From Terriglobia bacterium (GTDB lineage: Bacteria > Acidobacteriota > Polarisedimenticolia > Polarisedimenticolales > CAVOVZ01): a stretch of DNA of 64,000 nt. A program made the translations under genes and the position numbers. Under the pieces are notes generated by a model. It worked only from the letters and a program-made list of their open reading frames with translations, was not told the origin of the DNA and did not search any database. Numbering within the stretch: position 1 is the first letter of the stretch; every line of letters starts with the position of its first letter. Location of the stretch: assembly GCA_963699985.1 (NCBI GenBank), contig CAVOVZ010000009.1, forward strand, positions 41,100-105,099. Direction: 5' to 3'. Below, in pieces: positions 11,012 through 21,035 of the stretch.

Positions 11012-13051
11012 GTGTCGGATCGATCCGCCCGCTTCACGACCCCCGCGATCGCGGTCGCAGTGGCGGTGCTCGTCCTGGCCGTGTACGCCCGCTCCGCGGG
11101 GAACGGATTCGTCGGCCTCGACGACGACCGCTACATCTACGCCAACCCGCACGTCACCTCCGGTCTCACGTGGGAGGGGCTGCGCTGGGCGTTCACGACC
11201 AGCGAGCAAGGGAACTGGCATCCGCTCACCTGGATCTCGCACATGCTCGACGTCCGGATGTTCGGCGTCTCTCCCGGAGCGCACCACCTAGTCGGCGCGG
11301 CGATCCACGCTCTGACGTCGGCGCTCCTGTTCCTGTTCTTCGCATCCACTACGGGCGCCGTGTGGCCGAGCGCGCTGCTGGCGGGGCTGTTCGGGCTCCA
11401 CCCGCTCCGGGTCGAGTCGGTTGCATGGGCCAGCGAGCGGAAGGACCTGCTGGCGGGGCTCTTCTTCGTCCTCACGCTGCTCGCGTACGCGGCCTACGCG
11501 CGCAAGCCGGGGGCGATCCGGTACCTTCGAGTGGCGTCCCTGTTCGTCCTCGGACTTCTGGCGAAGCCGATGCTCGTCACCCTGCCGCTCCTGCTCCTGC
11601 TCCTCGACGTGTGGCCGCTGCGCAGGTGGCCGGGTCCGTCGTCCGATCGGAGGACCGCCGGGCTTCGCCGGCTGGTCCTCGAGAAAGCTCCCCTTCTCGT
11701 GTTCTCCGCGGCGTCGAGTCTCGTCACGGCGATCGCGCAGCGCCGAGGCGGGGCGATGAGCACGCTCGAGACAATCCCGGCACCGACGCGGATCGCCAAC
11801 GCGCTCGTGTCGTACATCGCGTACCTGGCGAAGACCGCATGGCCCTCGGATCTCGCGCTGGTCGTCCCGCATCCAGCACTCGTGTCGCCCGGAGGTGGAC
11901 GGGCGCTCGCGGTGCCCGCGCTTGCGGCCGCGGCCGCTCTCGCCGGAATCTCGTTCCTCGCGACGCGAGCCTGGCCGCGCCGGCCGTACCTCGCGGTCGG
12001 GTGGTTCTGGTACCTCGGAACGCTCGTGCCGGTGATCGGCCTGGTGCAGGTCGGGATCCAGGCCCGAGCCGACCGCTACACGTACATTCCGCTGATCGGG
12101 ATCTACGCCATGATCGCCTGGGAGGCGGCGGGTCTGACCGCTCGATGGCCGCGGCGAAAAGGTCTCGTGGTCGCGGGAGCCGCCGCCTGGCTCGCGCTCC
12201 TCGCGGTGGCGACCTGGGCGCAGGTGGGGTTGTGGCGGGACAGCGAGACGCTCTTTCGCCACGCGCTGGCGATCACGTCGAGGAACTACCTGATCCACAC
12301 GAACCTGGGCAGCGCGCTCGAGCAGGAGGGGCGATTGCGCGAGGCACGGGAGCAGTACGATCTCGCGCTCGCGGTGAAGCCCGACTACTCCCTGGCTCGC
12401 TACAACCTGGGAACGCTCCTTCGCAGGGAGGGAGACCTCGCCGGAGCACGCGCGCAGTACGAGCGCGTGCTCGACGTGCAGCCCGGGCACCTCGAGGCGA
12501 GGAGCAATCTCGCCGCGGTGCTGGCCGCCATGGGAGACCGCGCGGGCGCTGCGAAGCAGCTGGAGACGGTGTCGCGGCAGGATCCGGAGTTCGCCCCCGG
12601 CTGGTACAACCTCGGCGTGCTTCGCGCCGAAGCCGGAGATCTCGCCGCCGCGCAGGCGGCCTACCAGACCGCGGTGCGCGTCGATCCCGGTCACGCCGCG
12701 GCATGGAACGGGCTCGGCGCCGTTCTCGAGCGCCAGGGGAAGCTCGATCAGGCGGCATCGAGCTATGCCGGCGCTGTTGCGGTGCGCGACGGGTACTTCG
12801 AAGCCTGGTTCAATCTTGGGGCGGTGTCGCTGAAGCGCCGGGACGTCGATCGCGCCGCGGCGGCGTTCGACCGGGCGGTTCGGATCCGCCCGGACCACGC
12901 GCAAGCTCACTACGCCCTGGCCGGCGCTCTGGTGCGTCAGCGCAAGCTCCGCGAGGCGATGATTCACTACGAGTCCGCCGTCCGTCTCGACCCCACCCTG
13001 ACGGCAGCCGCCGACGATCTCCGGACGTTGCGACGGGCCGTGTCCCCCTGA
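11012..13051 (+). CDS. Polytopic membrane protein with C-terminal TPR repeats (PMT/TMTC-like glycosyltransferase architecture)
   Basis: 679-aa ORF with GTG start. N-terminal motif GFVGLDDDRYIYANPHV, then about 10 hydrophobic helices. The C-terminus has repeated TPR-like 34-mers (ARYNLGTLL, GWYNLGVL, AWNGLGAVL, AWFNLGAV, AHYALAGAL). Confidence 0.8.
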   Translation: MSDRSARFTTPAIAVAVAVLVLAVYARSAGNGFVGLDDDRYIYANPHVTSGLTWEGLRWAFTTSEQGNWHPLTWISHMLDVRMFGVSPGAHHLVGAAIHALTSALLFLFFASTTGAVWPSALLAGLFGLHPLRVESVAWASERKDLLAGLFFVLTLLAYAAYARKPGAIRYLRVASLFVLGLLAKPMLVTLPLLLLLLDVWPLRRWPGPSSDRRTAGLRRLVLEKAPLLVFSAASSLVTAIAQRRGGAMSTLETIPAPTRIANALVSYIAYLAKTAWPSDLALVVPHPALVSPGGGRALAVPALAAAAALAGISFLATRAWPRRPYLAVGWFWYLGTLVPVIGLVQVGIQARADRYTYIPLIGIYAMIAWEAAGLTARWPRRKGLVVAGAAAWLALLAVATWAQVGLWRDSETLFRHALAITSRNYLIHTNLGSALEQEGRLREAREQYDLALAVKPDYSLARYNLGTLLRREGDLAGARAQYERVLDVQPGHLEARSNLAAVLAAMGDRAGAAKQLETVSRQDPEFAPGWYNLGVLRAEAGDLAAAQAAYQTAVRVDPGHAAAWNGLGAVLERQGKLDQAASSYAGAVAVRDGYFEAWFNLGAVSLKRRDVDRAAAAFDRAVRIRPDHAQAHYALAGALVRQRKLREAMIHYESAVRLDPTLTAAADDLRTLRRAVSP

Positions 13052-13107
13052 CGATCCCGCATGGCCCCACGGGTGTCGGCTTCGTGCGCCGCCGCGATCC
13101 CGCGGGC

Positions 13108-16100
13108 CTACGGCGCCGAACAGGCGAGGCCGTCGATCGCCGCTCGGCCCGGCCCGAACGTCGACGTTCCGCAGGCGTTCGTGGATCGCACGAGGTAGTA
13201 GGTGCCGTCCCCGGCGGGTGGCGCGGGGCGGGCGTCGGTGTAGATCGGCGTGGACAGGCTGCCGGCCGTGCACGTCGTTGCGGCGACCAGTCCCGAGGTC
13301 CGAAGGGCGGACAACGCTCCTCCCGCCACGTCGTACCGGACTCCCGTCCCCGTCGCCGCGGCCTGGTCGATCCAGGTGAGATCGGTCCGAGGATCCCGCG
13401 ACACGCGGAGGCCCTGGACTTCCGTCGGTGTCGACCAGCTTCCCGGCTCGCCGGGGGCACAGTCGCCCCCGTTGAGGGTGCCGTCCTCGTCCCGGTCGCC
13501 GCCGAGCCTCAGCCCGGAGCCGATCGTCGCGCAGAGGAACGTGACGGGTCCCTCCGCGCCTTGACGGAGCGCCGTCGTGGTCCGAGCCGCATCGCCCGCG
13601 ACGTCGGATATCCAGACGCCGCCGCTGAGTCGGAGCCAGCGCAGGCGGCCACCCAGGATCGCGGACGCGGTCAGCTCGCAATGCCGGCCCGCGCTGGCCA
13701 TGTCGCCCAGCGTGAGGAGCTGCGACAGCAGCGTCTCTTCCGCGGCCGAGCCGGTGGGCGGCGCTCCCTGCGGAAGCGTGAGGTTCTGCCCGACCGCGGG
13801 CTTCGTACCCGTGGGGAAGTGGAGGGAGAAGCTCGACACGTCCCGGACCTGGGTCGCGTTGAGGGTGAACACGTTGATGGAGAAGAAGGTGAGGATGTTC
13901 GGCACCGATCCGTCATGGGCGAGTCCGAAGCCGCTCTTGACATCGGGATAAGGACCGCCGGGGGGGCCGAATACGAAGCCGGGCTTGTCCCACATGTTGC
14001 GCAGGTGGGCGACCTTCAGATCGCTGTGGGGGGACTGGTCGGCGTTCCCGTTGAACAGCGCCGCGGCGCCCGGCGAGGTCGGCTCCTGGGGCGTCACTCC
14101 GAGCAGCGTCCCTCCCGCGGCTCCGAACGGGTGCGCGTGGCACGCCACGCACGCCTGGTTCGCGTCCGTTCGCCCCGTGTTGAAGAGGGTCTGGCCGGCC
14201 GTGGGGTTTCCGACGAACGTCGTGCCGGGAAGCTGGACGTTCGCGTTGGGCAGCGTGTCGTCGACACGGCGGTTGGGGTTGGGCGGGAACTGGATTCCCA
14301 GCGAGAACTGGCGGAACGTCTCCATCTCCCCGGCGGAGAGGCCTGCCGGCTTGCCGTTCACCGGTCCCACGTCCTTCGCTCCGAGAAGCCCGACGAACGC
14401 TCCGTTGAAGTCGTTCATCGTCGCGCGGTCTCCGCGCCAGTGGAGCGGCTCGAGCATCGCCCGAAGGGTCTGGGTCGCCATGGGGCCCTTCTGGGGATCG
14501 AATCCTGCGTGGGCGGCGCACACGGCCGGATCGCACGGGGTCGCCTGGTTGCCCACGGGAACGATGAACCGCACGTTGTCGTAGGGAGTCGAGTAAGGAG
14601 AGAAAGCTCCGGTGGGATCACCCAGATCCCACGAGATGCCGTCCTTGTCCCCCGAGATGTGGCAGCTCGAGCAGGCGGCGTCCCCGTGGCCGGAGCTCGA
14701 GATGGCGTCGTAGAGGAATCGCCGCCCCTCACGGACGACGGACGAGCTGGGGTCGTGCAACGGGAACTCGGAGAGCTTCGTCAGGCTCGCGGCGTCCACC
14801 ACCGCGATGGAGCTCGCGAAGCGGTTCAGGACGTAGAGCCGGTTGCGCGCTTCGAAGAGGGCGACTCCCGTCGGGCCGTCGCCGACCTCGACGGCCCTGG
14901 GGATGGCGCGACTCGGTCCGAAGATGCAGGGCCCCGCTGCGCAGGCGCCGTCCACGGCGAAGAGCTTTCGGGATCCGATGGCGGTCAGATAGGCCGTTGA
15001 TCCGTCGGACCTCCAGGTCATCATCCCCGGCTGCGAGATGCTGGCGAGCCGCTCCGCGAGATTCGTCGATGGGTCGCTGCCTCGGTCCACGTGGGAGTTC
15101 AAGTCGACGAGCGTCACGGAGTTGCCCTGGGCGCGGTCCACGATGGCGAGCCGATTGTCCACCACGTGTCCGCGGACCCCCAGCGCGTGCTCGAACCGGA
15201 CCTGGTTCCGCGCCTCGGTGTGAGGGACGTAGATCTTCCCGTTCGCCGGGTTCACCGACACCTCGAAGAGCGTCGTGCCCAGATGGTCCACGCTGGTGAC
15301 CGCGAGCGTCTGGGCGTCGATGATGAAGAGGTCGCGGTCGGGAAGCCGGAACGGGAGGCAGTGAGTCCAGCTCTGGCCGATCTCGTCCCGCCACTGCCCG
15401 GTAGAGGGATCCCACTTCACGATGAGACCGACCTTCGGGATCCCGTCCGGCGGGTCCAGCAGAGCGGGGTTTCGCGAGATGCCGGCGGGAAGCGGGGGAT
15501 AGGGCGGCGGGGGAGCGGGGCTGCATCGCATGTCGTTCAGCCCGAGCTGAGCCAGGCGATTCGGGTCGAGGTTCGCGTTGTTCCCGAACGCGACGTTCGC
15601 ATCCACCGCGGTCGTCTGATTGCCGGAATCCTGGGCGACTGCGTACACGGTGCTCCCGTCGGGGGAGACGGCGAGCGCCCGGATCTTCCGGGCGAACAGG
15701 GGAACCACCGCGGGGGCTGCGTCGAGGTTCGCGAGGTCGTAGACCTTCACCGCGTCCTCCTGCGAGACGGCCACGAAGGCCTTTCCCCTCGCGAAAGCGA
15801 CGTCCGTGGGCTCGTTGCCCGGGCGGAGCGTCTTCACGGTGGTCCCCCGGCTCAGGTCCACCACGCTCACCGTATCGGACAGCACGTTGACGACCCACGC
15901 CTCGGAATCCGTTCGCGCCACCACGCTCACCGGCTCGAGCCCGACGGGGATCGACGCGCTCGGCACGGGTCGCCCGCCTGCATCGAGAAGGAAGACCTCG
16001 AGGAGCGCGTCGGGGGTGTTCACCGCCAGAAGCCGCAGGCCGTTCGGGGTCACGGCGATCGGGTGGACGTGGGAGGACTCGAAGTTGACGTAGGCGGCCT

Positions 16101-16161
16101 GGAGCGCTCCGCAGGACATCAGGAGGGAGGCGGCGATCGGGACGATTCGAATCCTGCGCAT
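13108..16161 (-). CDS. Secreted beta-propeller (YVTN-like) protein with a di-heme cytochrome c peroxidase-like region
   Basis: 1017-aa ORF with signal peptide MRRIRIVPIAASLLMSCGALQAA. Repeated 'SPDGSTVYAV'-type propeller blades. Two CxxCH motifs (CSSCH, CVACH). A C-terminal uncharacterised module ends YYLVRSTNACG. Confidence 0.75.
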   Translation of the reverse strand: MRRIRIVPIAASLLMSCGALQAAYVNFESSHVHPIAVTPNGLRLLAVNTPDALLEVFLLDAGGRPVPSASIPVGLEPVSVVARTDSEAWVVNVLSDTVSVVDLSRGTTVKTLRPGNEPTDVAFARGKAFVAVSQEDAVKVYDLANLDAAPAVVPLFARKIRALAVSPDGSTVYAVAQDSGNQTTAVDANVAFGNNANLDPNRLAQLGLNDMRCSPAPPPPYPPLPAGISRNPALLDPPDGIPKVGLIVKWDPSTGQWRDEIGQSWTHCLPFRLPDRDLFIIDAQTLAVTSVDHLGTTLFEVSVNPANGKIYVPHTEARNQVRFEHALGVRGHVVDNRLAIVDRAQGNSVTLVDLNSHVDRGSDPSTNLAERLASISQPGMMTWRSDGSTAYLTAIGSRKLFAVDGACAAGPCIFGPSRAIPRAVEVGDGPTGVALFEARNRLYVLNRFASSIAVVDAASLTKLSEFPLHDPSSSVVREGRRFLYDAISSSGHGDAACSSCHISGDKDGISWDLGDPTGAFSPYSTPYDNVRFIVPVGNQATPCDPAVCAAHAGFDPQKGPMATQTLRAMLEPLHWRGDRATMNDFNGAFVGLLGAKDVGPVNGKPAGLSAGEMETFRQFSLGIQFPPNPNRRVDDTLPNANVQLPGTTFVGNPTAGQTLFNTGRTDANQACVACHAHPFGAAGGTLLGVTPQEPTSPGAAALFNGNADQSPHSDLKVAHLRNMWDKPGFVFGPPGGPYPDVKSGFGLAHDGSVPNILTFFSINVFTLNATQVRDVSSFSLHFPTGTKPAVGQNLTLPQGAPPTGSAAEETLLSQLLTLGDMASAGRHCELTASAILGGRLRWLRLSGGVWISDVAGDAARTTTALRQGAEGPVTFLCATIGSGLRLGGDRDEDGTLNGGDCAPGEPGSWSTPTEVQGLRVSRDPRTDLTWIDQAAATGTGVRYDVAGGALSALRTSGLVAATTCTAGSLSTPIYTDARPAPPAGDGTYYLVRSTNACGTSTFGPGRAAIDGLACSAP

Positions 16162-16345
16162 GAATCAGCTCCTCCGCTTCGAGCCCGGCTCGATCTGCGT
16201 GCCGTCGTCGGCGTGACGTGGAGATTCAAGAAACGAGGCAAGGCGACGCGCTTGGATATACCCCGGGCCCCGGCCTCCGTCAAGGAAAGCGACGGGAAAC
16301 CCTCGATGCGCGCGGGAGGCCGGGACCGCACGGGCTCGGGCGCAC

Positions 16346-16431
16346 TGGCGGAGGGAGCGGGATTCGAACCCGCGAGGCTTGCGCCTTGCAGTTTTCAAGA
16401 CTGCCGGTTTGAGCCACTCACCCATCCCTCC
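16346..16431 (-). tRNA. tRNA-Ser (anticodon TGA), long variable arm
   Basis: Acceptor GGAGGGA/TCCCTCC, anticodon stem GCAGT/ACTGC with loop CTTGAAA, T-arm GCGGGTTCGAATCCCGC, encoded CCA. Confidence 0.85.
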
Positions 16432-16485
16432 GCGTCCCGACCACAGAATAGCGACCCGGGAGCCGGGTCCACTCGTGCTCCCGGC

Positions 16486-17766
16486 TCAGCGCGGTGTGAT
16501 GCGCTGCTTCCCGCCCATGTAGGGACGCAGCGCGTCGGGAATGACGACGCTCCCATCCGCTTGCTGGTAGTTCTCGAGGACCGCCACGAAGGTCCGTCCC
16601 ACCGCGAGCCCGGATCCGTTCAGCGTGTGGAGGAAGTCGGCCTTCGCCCCGGCGGACGGTCGATACTTGATCCCTGCTCTCCGGGCCTGAAACCCCTCGA
16701 AATTCGAGCAGGAGGAGATCTCCCGGTACAGACCCTGGCCGGGTAGCCATACCTCGATGTCGTAGGTCTTCGCGGAGGAGAACCCCAGGTCCCCCGTGCA
16801 CAGCGACACGACCCGGTAGGGAAGCTCCAACCGGCGCAGGACCTCCTCGGCGTGGCGCGTCAGGATCTCGAGCTGCTCGTAGGAGTGCTCGGGCTTCGCG
16901 AACCGGACCAGCTCGACCTTGTTGAACTGGTGCTGCCGGATGAGGCCTCGAACGTCCTTCCCGTAGGAGCCCGCCTCGCTCCGGAAGCAGGGGGTGTACG
17001 CGCAGTAGGCGACGGGCAGGGCGTCGCCTTCGAGGATCTCTCCCATGTGCAGGTTGGTGACGGGGACCTCGGCCGTCGGCACGAGGTAGTAGCCCCCCGG
17101 CTCGACCTTGAACAGGTCGGACTCGAATTTGGGAAGCTGTCCGGTCCCGAAGAGCGCGGTCGCGTTCACGAGAAACGGGGGAAGCACCTCGGTGTACCCG
17201 TGCTCCTGCGTGTGCAGCTCGAGCATGAGCTGGATGAGAGCGCGCTCGAGCCGCGCGCCGTCGCCCATGTACACCGCGAAGCGCGCACCCGTCATCCGCG
17301 CGGCGCGCTCGAAGTCGAGGATGCCGAGGGCCGGGCCCAGGTCCCAGTGCGCCTTCGGCTCGAAGTCGAACGCCCGCGGCTCCCCGTAGGACCGCACCAC
17401 CGGGTTGTCCTCGGCCGAGCGTCCCTCGGGCACGCTGTGGTGGGGGATGTTGGGGATCTCGCGCAGAAGCGGCTGAAGGGAGTCCTGGATCCCGTTGAGC
17501 TGCTGCTCGAGATCGACGATTCTCTCCCCGTTCCGGCGCGTCTCCTCTCGAAGCTCGCTGGCGTCCCCGCCGGACTTCAGGATCTCACCCACCCGGCGCG
17601 ACGCTTCGTTGCGGGACTTCTTCAGGGCCTCGACTTCCGTGAGGAGGCTCCTCCGCCGCGCATCGAGCTCCCGCAGCGGATCGAGGAGCGAAGGGTCGAT
17701 GCCGCGCCTGCGGAGCGCGTCGGCGACCTCGTCCACGTGCGTTCGCGCCCAACCGAGATCGAGCAT
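16486..17766 (-). CDS. serS: Serine--tRNA ligase
   Basis: Real start [24 protein letters not shown] at the ATG at 17766, preceded by GGGAGGA. Coiled-coil N-arm plus class II core ([20 protein letters not shown]). The longer 669-aa track ORF has a spurious N-terminus. Confidence 0.9.
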   Translation of the reverse strand: MLDLGWARTHVDEVADALRRRGIDPSLLDPLRELDARRRSLLTEVEALKKSRNEASRRVGEILKSGGDASELREETRRNGERIVDLEQQLNGIQDSLQPLLREIPNIPHHSVPEGRSAEDNPVVRSYGEPRAFDFEPKAHWDLGPALGILDFERAARMTGARFAVYMGDGARLERALIQLMLELHTQEHGYTEVLPPFLVNATALFGTGQLPKFESDLFKVEPGGYYLVPTAEVPVTNLHMGEILEGDALPVAYCAYTPCFRSEAGSYGKDVRGLIRQHQFNKVELVRFAKPEHSYEQLEILTRHAEEVLRRLELPYRVVSLCTGDLGFSSAKTYDIEVWLPGQGLYREISSCSNFEGFQARRAGIKYRPSAGAKADFLHTLNGSGLAVGRTFVAVLENYQQADGSVVIPDALRPYMGGKQRITPR

Positions 17767-17874
17767 GGAATCCTCCCTCGCAAGGTCGCTCATTCTACCA
17801 GCGGCCCGAGCATCGCCGTGGATCGCGTCTGGTATCATCTCCGACGCGTGGCCGCGGGGTGCCGCGAGGTCGTC

Positions 17875-19129
17875 ATGGACAAGCTCAGGATCCAGGGTGG
17901 GTCTCGTCTGAGGGGGCGCGTGGAGGTGGCAGGGGCGAAGAACGCCGCGCTGCCCGCTCTCGCCGCGTGCCTGCTCACCGGCGACCGGGTCGAGATCGAG
18001 AATCTCCCCGGTGTGCGCGACGTGCGCACCATGCTTCGCGTGCTCGAGCAGCTCGGAGCTACCGTCGACGATACGCGGAGCGGCCGCGCGGTGGTCCAGG
18101 CGGAGCGCTGCGCATCGTTCGAGGCTCCCTACGACCTGGTGAAGACCATGCGCGCCTCGGTGCTCGTCCTCGGGCCGCTGCTGGCCCGCCACGGCCGGGC
18201 GCGCGTGTCGTTGCCGGGTGGATGCGCCATCGGCGAGCGTCCCATCAATCTCCACATCGAGGGGCTCCAGCGGATGGGGGCCGAGATCGTCATCGAGCAC
18301 GGGTACGTCGAGGCCAAGGCATCGCGCCTGCGCGGGACGACCCATGCGTTTCCCATCAAGACGGTCACCGGGACGGAGAATCTCATGATGGCGGCGGCGC
18401 TCGCGCAGGGAACGAGCCGCCTGGGCAACTGCGCCCACGAGCCGGAGATCGTGGATCTGGCCGATCTGTTGAACGCCATGGGGGGATCGATCCACGGGGC
18501 CGGCAGCGACGAGATCGTGATCGAGGGGAGGGACGTTCCTGCGAGGGGCCGCTCACCGGGTCATCCCGGACCGGATCGAAGCGGGGACGTACCTCGTGGC
18601 CGGCGCGCTGGCGGGGGACCGGGTGGAGGTCGCCAGCTGCAGGCCGCAGCATCTCGAATCCGTGGTCCTGAAGCTCCGGGAGGCGGGGGTCCCGGTGGAG
18701 CAGTCGGGCGACACGCTCGTCGTCTCGGCACCGCCGGAGGTCGCCTCGAGGGATCTGCACACCGACCCGTACCCGGGATTCCCGACGGACATGCAGGCGC
18801 AGTTCATGGCGCTGATGACCCAGGCTCGCGGCACGGCGGTCATCTCCGAGACGATCTTCGAACGGCGGTTCATGCACGCCGGGGAGCTTCTGCGCATGGG
18901 GGCGGACATCCGGATCGACGGACACACCGCGGTGGTGGTGGGTCCGACGCGCCTCACGGCCGCGCAGGTGATGGCGACGGACCTGCGCGCATCCGCGTGC
19001 CTCGTTCTGGCCGCGCTGGTGGCGGAAGGGGTGACGATCGTGGACCGGATCTACCACCTGGACCGCGGGTACGAGGCGATGGAAGCGAAGCTCGGCCGTC
19101 TCGGGGCCTCGATCGAGAGAGTCCGTTGA
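17875..19129 (+). pseudogene. murA: UDP-N-acetylglucosamine 1-carboxyvinyltransferase, interrupted by one extra nucleotide as assembled
   Basis: [27 protein letters not shown]...EIVIEGRD is in frame 1. [23 protein letters not shown]...DRIYHLDRGYEAMEAKL is in frame 2. The span is 1255 nt (3x418+1), and the switch lies within 18521-18545. Confidence 0.85.
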
Positions 19130-19467
19130 GCGCCTGCGTGTTCTGCAGGATCGCCGCCGGAGAGCTTCCCGCGCGCGTCGTGCACCGCGACGACGACATC
19201 GTGGCGTTCCTGGACGTCCATCCCCAGGCTCCGGTCCACGTGCTCCTGGTGCCCCGCCGCCACATCGCTTCTCTCGACGACGCAGAGCCGGAAGACCAGG
19301 CGCTCCTGGGGAAGCTGCTGCTCGCCGCGAAGCAGGTCGCGGCCCGGGAGGGGATCGCCCGGGGCTACCGGATCGTGAGCAACTGCGGACCTGCCGCGGG
19401 ACAGAGCGTTTTTCATCTCCACGTGCATCTGCTGGGCGGCCGGGCGATGAATTGGCCTCCCGGATAG
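19126..19467 (+). CDS. HIT (histidine triad) family protein
   Basis: SACVFCRIAAGELPARVVHRDDDIVAFLDVHPQAP...HLHVHLLGG (HxHxHxx motif). TTG start overlaps the murA stop (TTGA); GTG at 19138 is an alternative start. Confidence 0.8.
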   Translation: MSACVFCRIAAGELPARVVHRDDDIVAFLDVHPQAPVHVLLVPRRHIASLDDAEPEDQALLGKLLLAAKQVAAREGIARGYRIVSNCGPAAGQSVFHLHVHLLGGRAMNWPPG

Positions 19468-19517
19468 TCTTCCGAGGAACGAGGCGATTGAACGAGATCG
19501 TGAGGAGGAGTCAGGCC

Positions 19518-20042
19518 ATGAGCAGCAGAACGTCCGGCAGGATCTCGACCATCGTCGCGATCATCGCCGTGCTGGTGACCTTGCCGGCTTCGGGGGGAGA
19601 GCACCACGGGAAGACCACGTGGCCCGCGGCGCTCGACCGTCTCAAGTCGCTGGCAGGCGATTGGACGATGGTCGACGGCGACGGCTCGGTCGCGGTCACC
19701 TACCGCGTGACCGGCGCGGGGAGCGCGGTGATCGAGACGTTGTTTCCCGGCTCGGACCACGAGATGGTGACGATGTACCACTCGGACGGACCCGACGTGG
19801 TCCTGACCCACTACTGCGCCGCGGGAAACCAGCCGCGGATGCGGGCGAAGAGGCTCGAGGGAGACACGCTGGCGTTCCGGTTCGATGGGGCCACGAACCT
19901 CGCGTCGCGCTCCGAGACCTACATGCGGGATCTGACCATCACGTTCCAGGGCCCGGACCGTCTCCGCAGCGAGTGGACGTCGCTCGAGGGGGGGAAGAAG
20001 GCGGAGAAGACGGTCTTCGAGATGCAAAGGAAGAAGAGCTGA
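19518..20042 (+). CDS. Hypothetical secreted protein (small beta-rich domain)
   Basis: ATG at 19518 preceded by GAGGAGG. Signal-like ISTIVAIIAVLVTLPASG. No family recognised with confidence. Confidence 0.55.
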   Translation: MSSRTSGRISTIVAIIAVLVTLPASGGEHHGKTTWPAALDRLKSLAGDWTMVDGDGSVAVTYRVTGAGSAVIETLFPGSDHEMVTMYHSDGPDVVLTHYCAAGNQPRMRAKRLEGDTLAFRFDGATNLASRSETYMRDLTITFQGPDRLRSEWTSLEGGKKAEKTVFEMQRKKS

Positions 20043-20093
20043 TCCGCGGCGGGGGTGCTACCCCATGAACGCGCGCTTTCGGGGAGGGGTTTC

Positions 20094-21035
20094 GTGACGG
20101 GAGTCTTCAGGTCGGTTCGATCCTGGTTCGACAACGACGCGGGCGCGCCTCCGACCGGATCGGAATCGCGGAAGAGCGTCCACTGGGCGCGCGTCGCGCC
20201 GTTCGTGCTGCTCCATCTTTCGTGCCTGGCGGTGCTGTGGGTGGGGTGGAGCCCGTTCGCCGTCGGCGCTGCGATCGCCCTCTACCTCATCCGAGCATTC
20301 TTCGTGACGGGGTTCTACCACCGGTACTTTTCCCACCGGTCGTTCCGGACCTCACGGCCGGTGCAGCTCGCGCTCGCCGTTCTCGGCAACACCGCCGCCC
20401 AGCGGGGGCCGCTCTGGTGGGCGGCGCACCATCGCGAGCACCACCGCAGTGCCGACCAAGATGGGGATCCGCACTCCCCGCAGCGCGACGGGCTCTTCTG
20501 GAGCCACGTGGGGTGGCTGACCTCCGCGGAGAACTACCCGACGAACCTCGCCGTGGTTCCCGATCTGGCGCGCTACCCGGAGCTGCGATGGCTCGACCGC
20601 TTCGACACGCTGGTACCCGCGCTGTTCGGAGCAGGCCTCTTCGGCGTCGGCGAGATCCTGGAGCGCTGGGCGCCTGGACTCGGCACCAACGGCCCGCAGC
20701 TGTTCGTCTGGGGGTTCCTGGTCTCGACGGTCATCCTCTTTCACGTGACCTGCCTCGTGAATTCCGCCGCGCACCGGATCGGCCGTCGCCGTTTCGCCAC
20801 CGAGGACCAGAGTCGCAACAGCTGGATCATCGCCATCCTGACCCTCGGAGAGGGCTGGCACAACAATCACCACCACTACCCGGCCTCGACGCGGCAGGGG
20901 TTCTACTGGTGGGAGATCGACGTGACCTACTACGGTCTCCTGGCGCTCTCCAGGCTCGGACTCATCTGGGAGCTGAACCCGGTGCCACCGCACGTGCTCG
21001 GAAGAAACCGCGTCGACTTCGGCGGGACTGCTTGA
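20094..21035 (+). CDS. Acyl-CoA (delta-9 type) fatty acid desaturase
   Basis: His boxes HRYFSHRSF, HHREHHRSADQDGDPHSP and HNNHHHYP. GTG at 20094 follows GGGGAGGGG; the track ORF start at 20055 is also possible. Confidence 0.85.
   Translation: MTGVFRSVRSWFDNDAGAPPTGSESRKSVHWARVAPFVLLHLSCLAVLWVGWSPFAVGAAIALYLIRAFFVTGFYHRYFSHRSFRTSRPVQLALAVLGNTAAQRGPLWWAAHHREHHRSADQDGDPHSPQRDGLFWSHVGWLTSAENYPTNLAVVPDLARYPELRWLDRFDTLVPALFGAGLFGVGEILERWAPGLGTNGPQLFVWGFLVSTVILFHVTCLVNSAAHRIGRRRFATEDQSRNSWIIAILTLGEGWHNNHHHYPASTRQGFYWWEIDVTYYGLLALSRLGLIWELNPVPPHVLGRNRVDFGGTA

Noticed and set aside
18521-18545. Programmed ribosomal frameshift in murA
   Set aside because: There is no slippery heptamer or downstream stimulatory structure evident at gacgttcctgcga, and murA is not known to be recoded. 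Three other unrelated genes show the same kind of break, which favours indel error or decay.
16852-19467. 871-aa ORF spanning antisense serS, murA and the HIT gene
   Set aside because: It is a composite. The first ~340 codons are antisense to serS. The middle is MurA only up to the frame break. The end is the separate HIT protein. It stays open only because stop codons are rare at this GC content.
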